From contig CAJARJ010000012.1 of the NCBI GenBank assembly GCA_903944345.1, positions 4,266-68,265 on the forward strand: a stretch of DNA of 64,000 nt, read 5' to 3'. Numbering within the stretch: the first letter of the stretch is position 1; each line of letters starts with the position of its first letter. Origin of the DNA: Candidatus Omnitrophota bacterium (GTDB lineage Bacteria > Omnitrophota > Gorgyraeia > Zapsychrales > Fredricksoniimonadaceae). The position numbers and the translations under genes were made by a program. A model generated the notes under the pieces. The model saw only the letters and a list, made by a program, of their open reading frames with translations. It did not search any database and had not been told where the DNA came from. This document shows, piece by piece, positions 49,963 through 60,270 of this stretch.

Positions 49963-51213
49963 CTAAGCTCCTGAGCGAATAATCTGAATAGGAGTAAATC
50001 TGCTGGCAGCGAGGGCCGGCAGGATGCTTGCAAAAGACGATGAAAAAAGCGACAAGAACAATGCCTGGACATAAATCCCGGGAGAGAGTGAAATTTGCAG
50101 GTGTGCCTGGGGATCATACGAACTACCGCCTGAGAAAGGAATAGTTTGCAAATACAGGCATAGAAAATACCCGCATACCAGCCCCAGCAGGCCACCACAA
50201 ATGCCAATAATAATCCCCTGTGAGAAAAACAGTACAACCACATCATATGTGTCATACCCCATTGAGCGCAAAATCGCAATGTCCTGCCTTTTCTGCGTAA
50301 CTGTCATGTTTAGAATATTGTAAATACCAAAACCCGCTACAATTATGACCGTCATTGTCATGGTCCAGCGCAGAATAGTTTGCAATCTGATAACCGAAAG
50401 AATGCTGGCATTCTGCTGGTCCCAACTTTCAGTGCGTTCCGGCGCAATTCTGGACCAGTTGGTGGCTATGGCGGCCGCCTGAGTGTAATCGCTCAGGCGC
50501 ACCCCGATCTCATTAACCTGATTGGGAGTCCCGTTCAGCTTCTGAACGTCATTTAAAGCCCCGTAAGCCTGCGTATCGCTCCCCCGATTTCCTGTCCGAA
50601 ATCGGCCCACAACTTTGAAAGGCACAGGCAAGCCGGTTTTAACCGCCACCAAGAGGGTCTGATCAATGCCGGCTCCAAGGCGTTTCATCAATTCATCTCC
50701 CAGAATAATCCGGTTCCCTCCCGCTCCAATATCGGAAAACTCGCCTTCAATCATGTAATTGGCAATACTTGTCACCTTGCCTTGCTGTTTCGGGTCACAA
50801 CCGACCAGATTGGCTGAAACAGAAACTTTAGCCAAGGTGAATAAAGCCGGAGCTGTCAATAACGGAGCAAAAGCCTCAACCCGCGGATCCGCCTTCAGTC
50901 GTTCATACCAGCTTTGAGGATTCTGAATCCCCAAATAACCGTGTACTCCTGATGGCGGAGATCTCCAGAAGACGTATCGGAACTCCTGGTTGTAAAATGC
51001 TTCGTCAAGTTGATGCTCAGTCAGATAATCTTGCCGGGCCTCGATATGTATCTGTGCCGAATTATTAACAAGCTGCTGAATCATGAATGTCTGAAAACCC
51101 GTAAAAAAACCGGTGACCGCGACATAAGCCAGAGCACCTAAAAAGACACCCAGCAACGTAAAGATCGTCTGCTTTCTGCGTTCCAGAAGATAGCGGATAG
51201 CCAGATAAATCAT
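49963..51213 (-). CDS. FtsX-family ABC transporter permease (LolCE/MacB-type, one periplasmic domain)
   Basis: 416 aa with four TM helices and a large periplasmic loop between TM1 and TM2, the FtsX/MacB-type permease architecture. Confidence 0.8.
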   Translation of the reverse strand: MIYLAIRYLLERRKQTIFTLLGVFLGALAYVAVTGFFTGFQTFMIQQLVNNSAQIHIEARQDYLTEHQLDEAFYNQEFRYVFWRSPPSGVHGYLGIQNPQSWYERLKADPRVEAFAPLLTAPALFTLAKVSVSANLVGCDPKQQGKVTSIANYMIEGEFSDIGAGGNRIILGDELMKRLGAGIDQTLLVAVKTGLPVPFKVVGRFRTGNRGSDTQAYGALNDVQKLNGTPNQVNEIGVRLSDYTQAAAIATNWSRIAPERTESWDQQNASILSVIRLQTILRWTMTMTVIIVAGFGIYNILNMTVTQKRQDIAILRSMGYDTYDVVVLFFSQGIIIGICGGLLGLVCGYFLCLYLQTIPFSGGSSYDPQAHLQISLSPGIYVQALFLSLFSSSFASILPALAASRFTPIQIIRSGA

Positions 51214-52022
51214 TTGTTAAGGTCTTTCCGCACAAGAACACGATCACCAACCCGAAGATCCCCGGAGACAATTTCACTCATAGCCTTGTCGATGATCCCT
51301 GTCTTGACTTCTGCTCGTCTGGGAATTTCATTCCCACGCTTTCGCCAAACATATTGTCCCTGCTCCAGCGCGGCAACCGGCACAAGCAGCACATCCGGAT
51401 GCGTTGCTATTTCGATAGCCACATCCCCGGTCATATCCGGTAATATTCTTAATGGCAAATCCGGAACGCTGATGCGAGCCAGAAAATTACTGTCATTGGG
51501 ATACACCGATTCGACAAGGCCGTTGTAACTCTGACTGCGAATCGTATCGAAACTGACCTTTACCTGCTGCCCTGCCTTGACCTGTAACGCTCCCTGTTGC
51601 TCCAGAGACACCATCAGATATCGTTCCCGCAAATCCACCAGAGAAAGGGCTGAACTCTGCGGATACACATTCTCGCCGACCTTATAAGGAAGAAATGTCA
51701 CGGTTCCGTCAAAGGGAGCCGAAAAAACATTCTCATCAAGATTTATCAGCGGATCACCTTTTTTTACGGCATCACCTTCTTTTACATACAAGGCCATAAC
51801 TGTGCAAATCAGCCCCGGGCGCAGCTGATAACTGTTGCGGGCGGTAACCGTGCCAATACCGTAAACCGACTCGACAATCGTTCCCTTTTGCAAAGGTTCG
51901 GACAAATCACCCGCTGATCGTGCCTTAACAATATTGAGCAGCCAAAACCCCGCCAACAGGAGCACCGCAAATAGCACACTCCAGAAACGATGCGTACTGA
52001 TCCAGATTAAAATAGCTCGCAA
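51210..52022 (-). CDS. Efflux transporter periplasmic adaptor (short HlyD/MacA-like membrane fusion protein)
   Basis: 270 aa with an N-terminal TM anchor, biotin-lipoyl-like and beta-barrel segments (YVKEGDAVKKGDPLINLD...), directly upstream of the FtsX permease and ATPase. Confidence 0.7.
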   Translation of the reverse strand: MRAILIWISTHRFWSVLFAVLLLAGFWLLNIVKARSAGDLSEPLQKGTIVESVYGIGTVTARNSYQLRPGLICTVMALYVKEGDAVKKGDPLINLDENVFSAPFDGTVTFLPYKVGENVYPQSSALSLVDLRERYLMVSLEQQGALQVKAGQQVKVSFDTIRSQSYNGLVESVYPNDSNFLARISVPDLPLRILPDMTGDVAIEIATHPDVLLVPVAALEQGQYVWRKRGNEIPRRAEVKTGIIDKAMSEIVSGDLRVGDRVLVRKDLNK

Positions 52023-52064
52023 TATTCCCGCCTCAAATTGACGTTATCCAGTCCGGCATACAAT

Positions 52065-52265
52065 TTAACAGCTGCATAAATACTTCCGGCCACCGTTATT
52101 GACCATATGCACATGTCCTTCTCTGACCAGCCAGCCGATGCCCATATCTGTCAGACCTTCCGCATTGTTCAAATGTGATCGCACCTCTTCAAGACTGACC
52201 GGACGTTTCTTTTGATCGATAAGATTCAGAATATCCCCGGAAGCAATACCAATTTGTGTCATCAT
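52065..52265 (-). CDS. Small hypothetical protein (possible winged-helix fold)
   Basis: 66 aa with no strong family signature. Weak confidence. Confidence 0.35.
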   Translation of the reverse strand: MMTQIGIASGDILNLIDQKKRPVSLEEVRSHLNNAEGLTDMGIGWLVREGHVHMVNNGGRKYLCSC

Positions 52266-52408
52266 CTTTCTCTCCGTTTCTTTATACCCTTATTAGTTGT
52301 CGTAGCAAAGAATCAGCACCATCCGGATCGGTCGACACCAGATGCATTAGTAATTCTAAAGCAGGAAAAAAAGAAGACAATTAGACCGGGGTATAACTGA
52401 GAAAACAC

Positions 52409-53197
52409 TTATCTACAACCACCGCGTGAATTCTTTTCCGGGGTTGCCGATGGTTTGCCATACCAATACGCCTGACGCTCATAATGTTTATGCAGTTGTT
52501 CCTCATAATCACGGGTAGGCAAAGACTCCGCCGTGTATTCCGGAGATTTCTTGATAGTCTCGACTGAAAGACTTATATAAACTTTCGACTCATCCCAACT
52601 CACGCGCTCGATCCATTGTGGCGCCACCAGAACTTTTTTCCCGTGCCACCAATTCTTTGTATCAACGACCAGATAACGAATTGCCCAGGACGCTTCATCA
52701 ATAATAAAATCATCGATATGGCCGATCTCTCCATCCATGGCCTGAATGTGATACCCGCTTACGCTTTGCGTGCTACGCAAATGCGGATCCCACCCTTTCC
52801 CGGTTTGCACAGACTTCTTCCATTGCGTCTGATCACGCACAATACCGGGATACCCGCCCCACATAAATGGACCTTCCCAGTACACAGGATATCCATAATA
52901 TTTATGATAAACATCCTCGAACTGTCGTGAAACAGGCTTGTCGCTATCGAGCGAGGGACTATCCTCAATCTGCTTTCTGCTAAGACCAACAACAATACAC
53001 TGCTCCTCCTCCATCACGGCGCCCAACGCATACGGGGAGATCAAAACCTGCCGGCCTACGAGCCAATTGCCTGTGTCCGCTACCAGATAGCGAATCGTCC
53101 AGTGCTGATCATCGAAATAGAATTCCTTGACCCTGCCAATCTCCTTGCCATCATTGTTTAATTTGAAACCGTTTAGTGTTTTGGCTTTATAGAGCAT
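52409..53197 (-). CDS. Tandem PRC-barrel domain protein
   Basis: 262 aa with two repeats of the PRC-barrel pattern (WTIRYLVADTGNWLVGRQVLISP and WAIRYLVVDTKNWWHGKKVLVAP). Confidence 0.7.
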   Translation of the reverse strand: MLYKAKTLNGFKLNNDGKEIGRVKEFYFDDQHWTIRYLVADTGNWLVGRQVLISPYALGAVMEEEQCIVVGLSRKQIEDSPSLDSDKPVSRQFEDVYHKYYGYPVYWEGPFMWGGYPGIVRDQTQWKKSVQTGKGWDPHLRSTQSVSGYHIQAMDGEIGHIDDFIIDEASWAIRYLVVDTKNWWHGKKVLVAPQWIERVSWDESKVYISLSVETIKKSPEYTAESLPTRDYEEQLHKHYERQAYWYGKPSATPEKNSRGGCR

Positions 53198-53291
53198 TCC
53201 GAACCTTTCTGTTATCCAATTTCCTCTGTGAGAGAATATACGAGCCGCCCAACAGAGCGGACGGGTTAGATCGAAACTTTCTCTCGTAATT

Positions 53292-53329
53292 CTATTCTAG
53301 GAAGGATCAGGAATGGTTCAATTGTACCG
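53292..53329 (-). promoter_or_regulatory. Conserved promoter motif copy B (TTGAAC-N16-TAGAAT), upstream of the PRC-barrel gene
   Basis: Minus strand CGGTACAATTGAACCATTCCTGATCCTTCCTAGAATAG, paralogous to the motif at 49227-49264. Confidence 0.55.
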
Positions 53330-53410
53330 AAGTATTACTGCGAAGAAACTGAACAAATGCCACTTTCAGAACGGGCTGATCGCCCCGGACAACAGCCAGC
53401 GTAAATCTAT

Positions 53411-54235
53411 TTAATTCTGTAACTGTTTCTGGATTAAATTCCTGATTTTCTCTGAAACAATCTCCCGGCCCATTTGAGGACTCTCAAGATCAACAACCAA
53501 AACCGTTTGGGGATCATCCCAATTAAACTTTTTGTCATTATTTATATCACGCACGATTTCAATAAAAAGCTTGCGAACTTTCTCGTCGAAATACCATGCT
53601 TTCATCTGGGCATTTTCCGGTGTAACCTGGGTCAGCTTCAAACCACCCAAAGCCGCGATAAATCCTGCTGAAGCGTCAATCTGATTAATGACACCATCAT
53701 TATTCGTATCGTACCGGGCCATTTCGATCAACATAAAAGTTGGCCGGACGGCGTCTTTTTCTTTGTTATAATTCTTTTCAGGAAAATAAATACTGGTAAT
53801 ATACCCATTATCAGCAAGAAGCGCCCTGGACTCACCTGTCAGCTTGTTAACAAAGATTAAATTGTAATATGGTCCACCGTAACCATAGGAATAGCTCCCC
53901 CGCCCCCAACTATCACCGTCGTAACTCTTTGATGCCGAGGCCCTTGAATAGAGACCTATTCTCTCTTCTCCATATTTTCTTTTCTCCAGCCTGACAGGGA
54001 CAATAAAATGATCCAATTCGCTTACCGATAAAGGTAAGCCGAATTCAACAGATAACTTCAACTCCTCATCGCTGCTGCGCGAATCGACTGCAAGCCCCTC
54101 AACGTGATGCCTTTTATGTCCAACAAACGAAAACAACATGCCGACGACCATAATTAGAAAGCCCGCAAGGAAAACAACTCCGACGGAAATACCCACAATT
54201 CTCCAGATCCGGGACAATATTTTATCAAAATCCAT
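53411..54235 (-). CDS. Hypothetical membrane-anchored protein with a Gly/Tyr/Ser-rich segment
   Basis: 274 aa with an N-terminal TM helix and a low-complexity SYSYGYGGPYY stretch. No family recognised. Confidence 0.45.
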   Translation of the reverse strand: MDFDKILSRIWRIVGISVGVVFLAGFLIMVVGMLFSFVGHKRHHVEGLAVDSRSSDEELKLSVEFGLPLSVSELDHFIVPVRLEKRKYGEERIGLYSRASASKSYDGDSWGRGSYSYGYGGPYYNLIFVNKLTGESRALLADNGYITSIYFPEKNYNKEKDAVRPTFMLIEMARYDTNNDGVINQIDASAGFIAALGGLKLTQVTPENAQMKAWYFDEKVRKLFIEIVRDINNDKKFNWDDPQTVLVVDLESPQMGREIVSEKIRNLIQKQLQN

Positions 54236-54366
54236 AACGACTTTCCTTTCGGGGCACCACTGATTTCAAACTTGTCCTGATTTCATGCGTGTTGAATTCT
54301 ACCGGCGCTTTTCAGCGTCATATATGCAACATAAACATAGCATATCAACGTTATTACATCAAAACG

Positions 54367-57300
54367 TTAGCATAACTGCCCCTTTGCACTCTCGGGAACA
54401 TAGCCGACGGCTTTGGCCAATCTTGTACCGACCCAAATTCTCAACCGATCGATATATGAGAACGTTGCCGGAACAACGATCAGAGTCAACAGAGTCGAAC
54501 TAATCAACCCGCCAATAATAGCCACTCCCATGCTTGTCCTTTGACTAGATGTCGCGCTTAAACCAACAGCAACAGGAATCATCCCGGCAATAAGCGCAAA
54601 TGAAGTCATCAAGATCGGCCTTAGCCGTATCTTGCAGGCCTGAACCGTTGCCTCTGGACGACTCAATCCTTCTCGCATTTTATGACAAATGTAATCGACG
54701 AGAAGAATCGAATTCTTACACGCCACACCCAGCAACATGATCATCCCCAGGAATGTAAACATACTCATCGACTGATGAGTTACCCAAAGGGCCACAAAAG
54801 CACCGCAAATAGCAAGCGGCAACGCCAGCATAATGGCAAACGGCATAATAAACGATTCGTACAAACTGGCCAACACCAAATAGATAAACAGGATTCCCAT
54901 CCCCACCGCTGTCATCATAGATCCCAGCATTTCCTGGTAACGTTCGGACTCTCCCCCATAGATGACCCGAACCCCTTCCGGCGGAGGCAATTCTTTTTTC
55001 ATCATAACATCCACATCTCTCATCACATCGCCCAGACCAACACCGGGATTCAATCCTGCTGTAACCTGAACATACCGACCACGATCCATGCGCTTGATAG
55101 ATGCGGCCCCTCGCTCTTGATTAATGTCGGCTACGTCGGTCAATTTGATGAGTCTGCCGTTAACATTGGGAACATAAATCTCGCCATAATTCTGGCTCAA
55201 ATCCCTCTGCTCCGGGAGCAACCGCACGCGGATGTCATACTCCTGCCCGTTTTCTCTGAACTTTGCCGGCTTATCTCCCTCAATCTGGGCATGAATCTCA
55301 TTGCCAAGCGTTTTGGTATTTATCCCATAAACCCTGGCCTTTTCCGCATTCAACTTGATCTGGATTTCCGGCTTACCCAACCGGGCATTGGAATCAACGT
55401 CTTTAAGCCGTTTATCTTCATTCAACTTTGCCAGAAGTTTTAAGACATATTCATCCAGCACCTTTGTGTTTGTCGAAACAAGATTCAACGTAAACGGCTG
55501 GTCTCCGCCCCCGCCAACCGGATCATAATTATTGACCTTCGGATTAGCTGAGGCCAAAACTTTTAATTTTTCACGGAGATCGACCTTGGTCTTCTCCGTT
55601 GAAGTCGAACGTGCTTTTCCCTCTTTAAGTTTGACATAAATGCTGGCTTTATACGGCTCGTTGTTGCTTCCGCCGATCTTTAATTCCGTCAACTCTACAT
55701 CGCTGTTCTGATGAATAATCTCATCTGCCTGTTTACCAACCCGGTTCATGGCATCGAGATTTATTCCCGGTGAAAGTTCCAAAGAGACTGTGAACTGTCC
55801 GTTATCAGCCGTCGGCATAAAGTTTAACGGAACCTTGGCCAGGGAGCTACATGCCACAATAAAAACCAGAAAACTGATCAGCAATGTTCGTTTGGGATAC
55901 TGCACAACCCAACGAAGAATGACTTCATAATACTTTTCAAGCCAGTCCTGAAAAGCGCTAAAGGCGGACAACAATCTGCCAACGGTCTTGTCCCATAAAG
56001 AAAGTTTATGCGCCCCTTCTTTCTTATTTGTACCGACAGCAAGGTAAGTTGACAGCATCGGGGCAATCGTCAATGAATCAAATAAGGAAATCAGCATAGC
56101 AAAACACACTGTTAAGCCGAACTGTCGCATAAAAGTCCCCATCATGCCACTCATAAGGCCAACAGGGGCAAAGGTCGAAAGGACAACCAATGTTGTCGCC
56201 ACAACCGCCAACTGAACCTCCTGTGTTCCTTTAATCGAAGCCTCCCTAGGACTCATTCCCCCTTCAATCTTCCTAAAAATATTTTCACGAACAACAATGG
56301 CATCATCTATTAAAAGGCCGACTGCCAGACTCAGCGCCAACAAACTTATCACATTGAGCGAAAACCCGGCAACAGCCATCAAAATAAATGAACCGATCAG
56401 GGAGTTTGGAAGGGCAAGTCCGGTAATTATAGTCGAGCGGCCATTTGCCAAGAAGAAATAGACAACGAAAATCGTAAGGAAGATACCGATGAGAATTGTT
56501 TCTTCAACGTCTTTAATATTATCCCGGATCTCTTCGCTGGAATCTTGCAAGACCTCAATCTTCGGCTTTCCGGCCATTAAATCGAGCGTCGGTTGAAGTT
56601 TCCTGATCTGCGACATAACGCCATCAGCCACCGAAACGGTATTGGTTCCCGACTGACGGTATACTTCGATCAACAAGGCTTTCTTGCCGTTAACATAAAC
56701 ACGGGATGTTTCATCCTGTAATGTGTCCTGGACTATCCCAAGGTCGGAAACTCTTGTTGCCACCTCATTGTTATAAAGAGTTACCATTGTTTTTCCAATA
56801 TCATCAACATTGGAAAACTCGCCAAGGCTACGAAAAGTCGTTTCATTGTCGCCCTGATTAACAGTACCTCCGGGGACGTTCTCTCCAGTTGACGACAAGC
56901 GAGCGGCTATATCTGTGACCGTCAATTCCCGGTCTTTCAGAATCTTTCGGTCAAGCGTGACATGGATTTCTCTCTTTCTGCCACCGATAATCTTGACCGA
57001 CCCCACGTTCTCCACCCGCTCCAATTCCGGTTTTATCGTCTGGTCGGCGACATCGTACAGCTTGCCATCATCCAGATCACCTGACACGACCAGCTGAAAA
57101 ATAGCCTGGCCTGCCGGATCCATCTTGGTGATCGTTGATTCATCCACACTATCGGGAAGTTGCGGCTTTACCTTGCTGACCTTGTCCCTGACCTTCTGCT
57201 CAATTAGCCGTGAATCAACGCTCATTTGAAACTCAGCTGTAACCTGACTTGTTCCTTCCATGCTCGTTGATGTGATCCGCTTGAGCCCCGCAATCGTGCT

Positions 57301-57513
57301 GATCTCATCTTCCAATGGTTTTGTAACCAACGTTTCAATTTCTGTTGGACCAGCTCCCGGATACGTTGTTGTAACCGTAACTGTTGGAAAACTTGTGTCC
57401 GGGAATTTATCGACACTCAACGTCTGAAAACAGTGAATACCGACTACAATCATGGCCAAGACAAGACAGGTTATAAAAACCGGCCGCTTGATAGCAAGTT
57501 CTGCAAGGCTCAT
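54367..57513 (-). CDS. RND efflux transporter permease (AcrB/HAE1 family)
   Basis: About 1048 aa with 12 TM and two large periplasmic loops, typical of AcrB. The start is set to the ATG at 57513, preceded by AGGAGA and overlapping the TolC-like stop as ATGA. Confidence 0.88.
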   Translation of the reverse strand: MSLAELAIKRPVFITCLVLAMIVVGIHCFQTLSVDKFPDTSFPTVTVTTTYPGAGPTEIETLVTKPLEDEISTIAGLKRITSTSMEGTSQVTAEFQMSVDSRLIEQKVRDKVSKVKPQLPDSVDESTITKMDPAGQAIFQLVVSGDLDDGKLYDVADQTIKPELERVENVGSVKIIGGRKREIHVTLDRKILKDRELTVTDIAARLSSTGENVPGGTVNQGDNETTFRSLGEFSNVDDIGKTMVTLYNNEVATRVSDLGIVQDTLQDETSRVYVNGKKALLIEVYRQSGTNTVSVADGVMSQIRKLQPTLDLMAGKPKIEVLQDSSEEIRDNIKDVEETILIGIFLTIFVVYFFLANGRSTIITGLALPNSLIGSFILMAVAGFSLNVISLLALSLAVGLLIDDAIVVRENIFRKIEGGMSPREASIKGTQEVQLAVVATTLVVLSTFAPVGLMSGMMGTFMRQFGLTVCFAMLISLFDSLTIAPMLSTYLAVGTNKKEGAHKLSLWDKTVGRLLSAFSAFQDWLEKYYEVILRWVVQYPKRTLLISFLVFIVACSSLAKVPLNFMPTADNGQFTVSLELSPGINLDAMNRVGKQADEIIHQNSDVELTELKIGGSNNEPYKASIYVKLKEGKARSTSTEKTKVDLREKLKVLASANPKVNNYDPVGGGGDQPFTLNLVSTNTKVLDEYVLKLLAKLNEDKRLKDVDSNARLGKPEIQIKLNAEKARVYGINTKTLGNEIHAQIEGDKPAKFRENGQEYDIRVRLLPEQRDLSQNYGEIYVPNVNGRLIKLTDVADINQERGAASIKRMDRGRYVQVTAGLNPGVGLGDVMRDVDVMMKKELPPPEGVRVIYGGESERYQEMLGSMMTAVGMGILFIYLVLASLYESFIMPFAIMLALPLAICGAFVALWVTHQSMSMFTFLGMIMLLGVACKNSILLVDYICHKMREGLSRPEATVQACKIRLRPILMTSFALIAGMIPVAVGLSATSSQRTSMGVAIIGGLISSTLLTLIVVPATFSYIDRLRIWVGTRLAKAVGYVPESAKGQLC

Positions 57514-58967
57514 ATTTTTTCTCCTGTCTTTGCAATAGACCAATGGGCCGGATCATTCCGATACAAATTAATCTGCGCCACAAGGTTCAAGACTTCATAC
57601 CCGGCACTTGCGCGAGAATACTCGGCATCAAGATAATCCTTCTCGAATTGCAAAACCTGATAAGTCGTCGTTCTCCCCCGTTTCAAACGTTCCCTTTCAT
57701 ACTCCAATTTTTCTTTCTGTGCTGACTCAATAGTAAAGGTCATTTCAAAACGCTCCCGTGCGTTCTTCAGCTTCTCTTTCAAATCACGCCAATCACTTTC
57801 CTGATCACGTAATTTCTGTTGATACGCCAATCCTGCCGCATCAGCCTTCTTTCGAGCCCCCGCACGGACACTGCCGGAAGCCCCCAGATTTAGAGGGACT
57901 GAAAACTTGAGACCTACTGTCGTTGTCGGATCTTCAGAAGAGAACGAATTCGAAATTGCATCCGAAGACTGCGTTGCACCGCCATTCCAAGCGTAATCAA
58001 CATATAAATTCAATGAGGCTTTATTATCTTCTTCCTTCATCTTGGCATTTGCCGCCGTTGCCTTAGCCGCTGCCTCTGCCGCTTTAACATCTGCCCTTGC
58101 ATCAAAAGAATCTATTTCTACTGGCAAAATTACCTTAACCCTATCCCAATTGATCTGTTCAATGATTGGGCTGTCTTCAACGCTATTGCGATAAGCATTA
58201 AAACTTCGAAGCGCCGCACTTTCATTGTCTTTGGCAGTTTTAAAATCCAGCTTTTTGGATTCAAGATTGGCTTTGGCCTGTAAAACATCTGCCTTATCCT
58301 TTAAGTTCATTCCGGCCTGTTTGGCATCATAATCGTAAATCGCTTGCGAGGCTTCAACTCCACTCCTTTGAATCTCGACCAACTCCCGCATGACCGCCAG
58401 CTTCCAATAATTAATTTCCGCATTTACTAAAAGTATTCTACGGTCATTCTCGGCCTTCCATAGATCCTGTTGGGACTGTGCTCGGGTTGCTTCTTCATTA
58501 GCTCGGTCAGAACAACCAAATCCGTTCTTCCAAACGGGCAAAGAAAGCTCCACTACCGGACTGGCTTCTGAATATTTGTTGGAACCGGTTACAGAAGAAT
58601 ATTGAGTGTCATCAAAAGCATAATAAAGTTTACTCTGAAATCCGTAGCGGCTGGTTTGGCTGATACCAGAAGAGTACGTTTGACTTTCTGTTTTGTTATA
58701 AAGAGAACCGTAGCCCTGCTTCTCATCACTTTTCGCCTCAACATTCGTAAAAAAAGATGGACTGAAGATCAAATCAGCCTCCCTTCCAATCTGCTTAGAG
58801 GCTTCTCTTAATTCTACAGAGCTACGATAAGTGCCATTCTTGACCTGAACCTCTTGTAAATAATCAGGCAATGAAAGCACAGTGCTTGCAGGCGCTTCTC
58901 CCCAGGCTAATGCGGGCGTTACCAGAAGACCGATTCCCAGAAGTACTATCTGTATTTTATTGATCAT
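57510..58967 (-). CDS. TolC-family outer-membrane efflux protein
   Basis: 485 aa with a signal peptide and the two-repeat OEP architecture with long coiled-coil segments. Confidence 0.85.
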   Translation of the reverse strand: MINKIQIVLLGIGLLVTPALAWGEAPASTVLSLPDYLQEVQVKNGTYRSSVELREASKQIGREADLIFSPSFFTNVEAKSDEKQGYGSLYNKTESQTYSSGISQTSRYGFQSKLYYAFDDTQYSSVTGSNKYSEASPVVELSLPVWKNGFGCSDRANEEATRAQSQQDLWKAENDRRILLVNAEINYWKLAVMRELVEIQRSGVEASQAIYDYDAKQAGMNLKDKADVLQAKANLESKKLDFKTAKDNESAALRSFNAYRNSVEDSPIIEQINWDRVKVILPVEIDSFDARADVKAAEAAAKATAANAKMKEEDNKASLNLYVDYAWNGGATQSSDAISNSFSSEDPTTTVGLKFSVPLNLGASGSVRAGARKKADAAGLAYQQKLRDQESDWRDLKEKLKNARERFEMTFTIESAQKEKLEYERERLKRGRTTTYQVLQFEKDYLDAEYSRASAGYEVLNLVAQINLYRNDPAHWSIAKTGEKI

Positions 58968-59031
58968 ATACTATCTCCAATGCCACAAGTAATCGAACAC
59001 TTACTATAAGCATACGGCCCGTAGTTGCATT

Positions 59032-59059
59032 TGTCAAGTATGTACTCGATTACTTGACA
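59032..59059. promoter_or_regulatory. Candidate TetR operator palindromes in the tetR / tolC-RND divergent region
   Basis: TGTCAAGTA-N10-TACTTGACA is a perfect 9-bp inverted repeat. A second inverted pair CAAGTAATCGA (58986-58996) / TCGATTACTTG (59046-59056) lies nearby. Confidence 0.55.
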
Positions 59060-59103
59060 AGCTGATTATTTCAACATAAACTTACTTTCAAGGAGATCCC
59101 ATT

Positions 59104-59718
59104 ATGGATAATGCATTAACGCCCCGGCCAAAACAGAAACGCAATCGCGAAGACAGTAAACAACGCATTCTAAAAGCGGCTTTGGAGACTTTTTCTGAGG
59201 TCGGCTATGATGCGGCTACAACGAAAATGATTTCACTGCGGGCTGGATTAAACGAATCACTAATTCAGCGTTATTTTCAAAGCAAATTCAACTTGCTGGT
59301 AGAAGTGACCCATTCCTCTATGGAAGCCATGCGATTAAAGACACCCCCACCCCCTGCCGCCACACCGGAAGAGGAAATCTGTAACTTCCTGATTAACAAA
59401 CTAGAACACGATTCTCAAAATCAAGGATTCTTAAAGATTCTTTTTTCCAGGCTTCTCATTGACCCGGAGGTTCGAACTGAATTAAAGAAACGTCAGGGAG
59501 GAATGCCGCCAAACTTATTTTTAAAAGATCGCCTCGTAGCATTCCAAAAAAAAGGGCAAATAAGAAATGACATCAACATCGACACTTTAATACAATCTTT
59601 ATTAGCCCAGTCCATCTCTGCCGGTCTATTTGAACGAATATTCTTTGAGAAAGATATTGAAACCTGCAAAGAGCAGTTTCGACAATTTACAAAAAATATT
59701 GTTAAAGGGATTTGTTAG
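59104..59718 (+). CDS. TetR-family transcriptional regulator
   Basis: 204 aa with the N-terminal HTH (ILKAALETFSEVGYDAATTKMISLRAGLNESLIQRYFQSK), divergent from tolC-RND. Confidence 0.85.
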   Translation: MDNALTPRPKQKRNREDSKQRILKAALETFSEVGYDAATTKMISLRAGLNESLIQRYFQSKFNLLVEVTHSSMEAMRLKTPPPPAATPEEEICNFLINKLEHDSQNQGFLKILFSRLLIDPEVRTELKKRQGGMPPNLFLKDRLVAFQKKGQIRNDINIDTLIQSLLAQSISAGLFERIFFEKDIETCKEQFRQFTKNIVKGIC

Positions 59719-59745
59719 AAATACGACCGGAATTTCTTCTGACGG

Positions 59746-59878
59746 AATTAATTAGTGACACACAGAATTGTTTCTTGACATTCTTTACGACAATTAAACT
59801 TGTTGCAGGTCTGGATTTTTTCATTGCAATAGAATGTAACAGAATGTGATAGAACAATTCTGTGTGTCCCCGATTATT
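59746..59878. mobile_element. 133-bp MITE-like element, copy A, with 18-bp terminal inverted repeats
   Basis: AATTAATTA-GTGACACACAGAATTGTT...(about 100 bp)...AACAATTCTGTGTGTCCC-CGATTATT. It is 98% identical to copy B at 61822-61954 and lies between tetR and tacA. Confidence 0.7.
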
Positions 59879-59994
59879 TTTCTGTACGTAATCGATCCGG
59901 CCTCAAAGACGGCGGTGTTATGATCATAAATTATTTAGTGTGGACAAAGTGTGTACGGAATGGTATCCTTGAATCGTAAAAGAAAGGATCACCT

Positions 59995-60270
59995 ATGCCA
60001 GTTATACAAAAAGACACCCGCATTGACCTGAGGATCGAGAACTCCCAAAAGGACTTCCTGGTCTATGCCGCAGGTCTCAAAAACATGAAGCTCTCCGCTT
60101 TTGTATTAAACAGCGCGATCAAGGAAGCCGAGGATCTGGTGGCCAGCAAGACCCAGTTTGCACTGCCAGATGCCCAATGGAAGGCCTTTAGCGCGGCTTT
60201 GGACCGCCCTGCGCGCGAGAACCCCAAGCTCAAGAAACTCTTCAAGTCAGCCGATGTTTTCCATGGATAA
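59995..60270 (+). CDS. tacA: DUF1778/TacA-family ribbon-helix-helix antitoxin
   Basis: 91 aa (RIDLRIENSQKDFLVYAAGLKNMKLSAFVLNSAIKEA), preceded by the RBS AAGGA. Its stop overlaps the toxin start as ATGGATAA. Confidence 0.8.
   Translation: MPVIQKDTRIDLRIENSQKDFLVYAAGLKNMKLSAFVLNSAIKEAEDLVASKTQFALPDAQWKAFSAALDRPARENPKLKKLFKSADVFHG

Noticed and set aside
54682-55443. 253-aa plus-strand ORF
   Set aside because: It is antisense to the RND permease gene.
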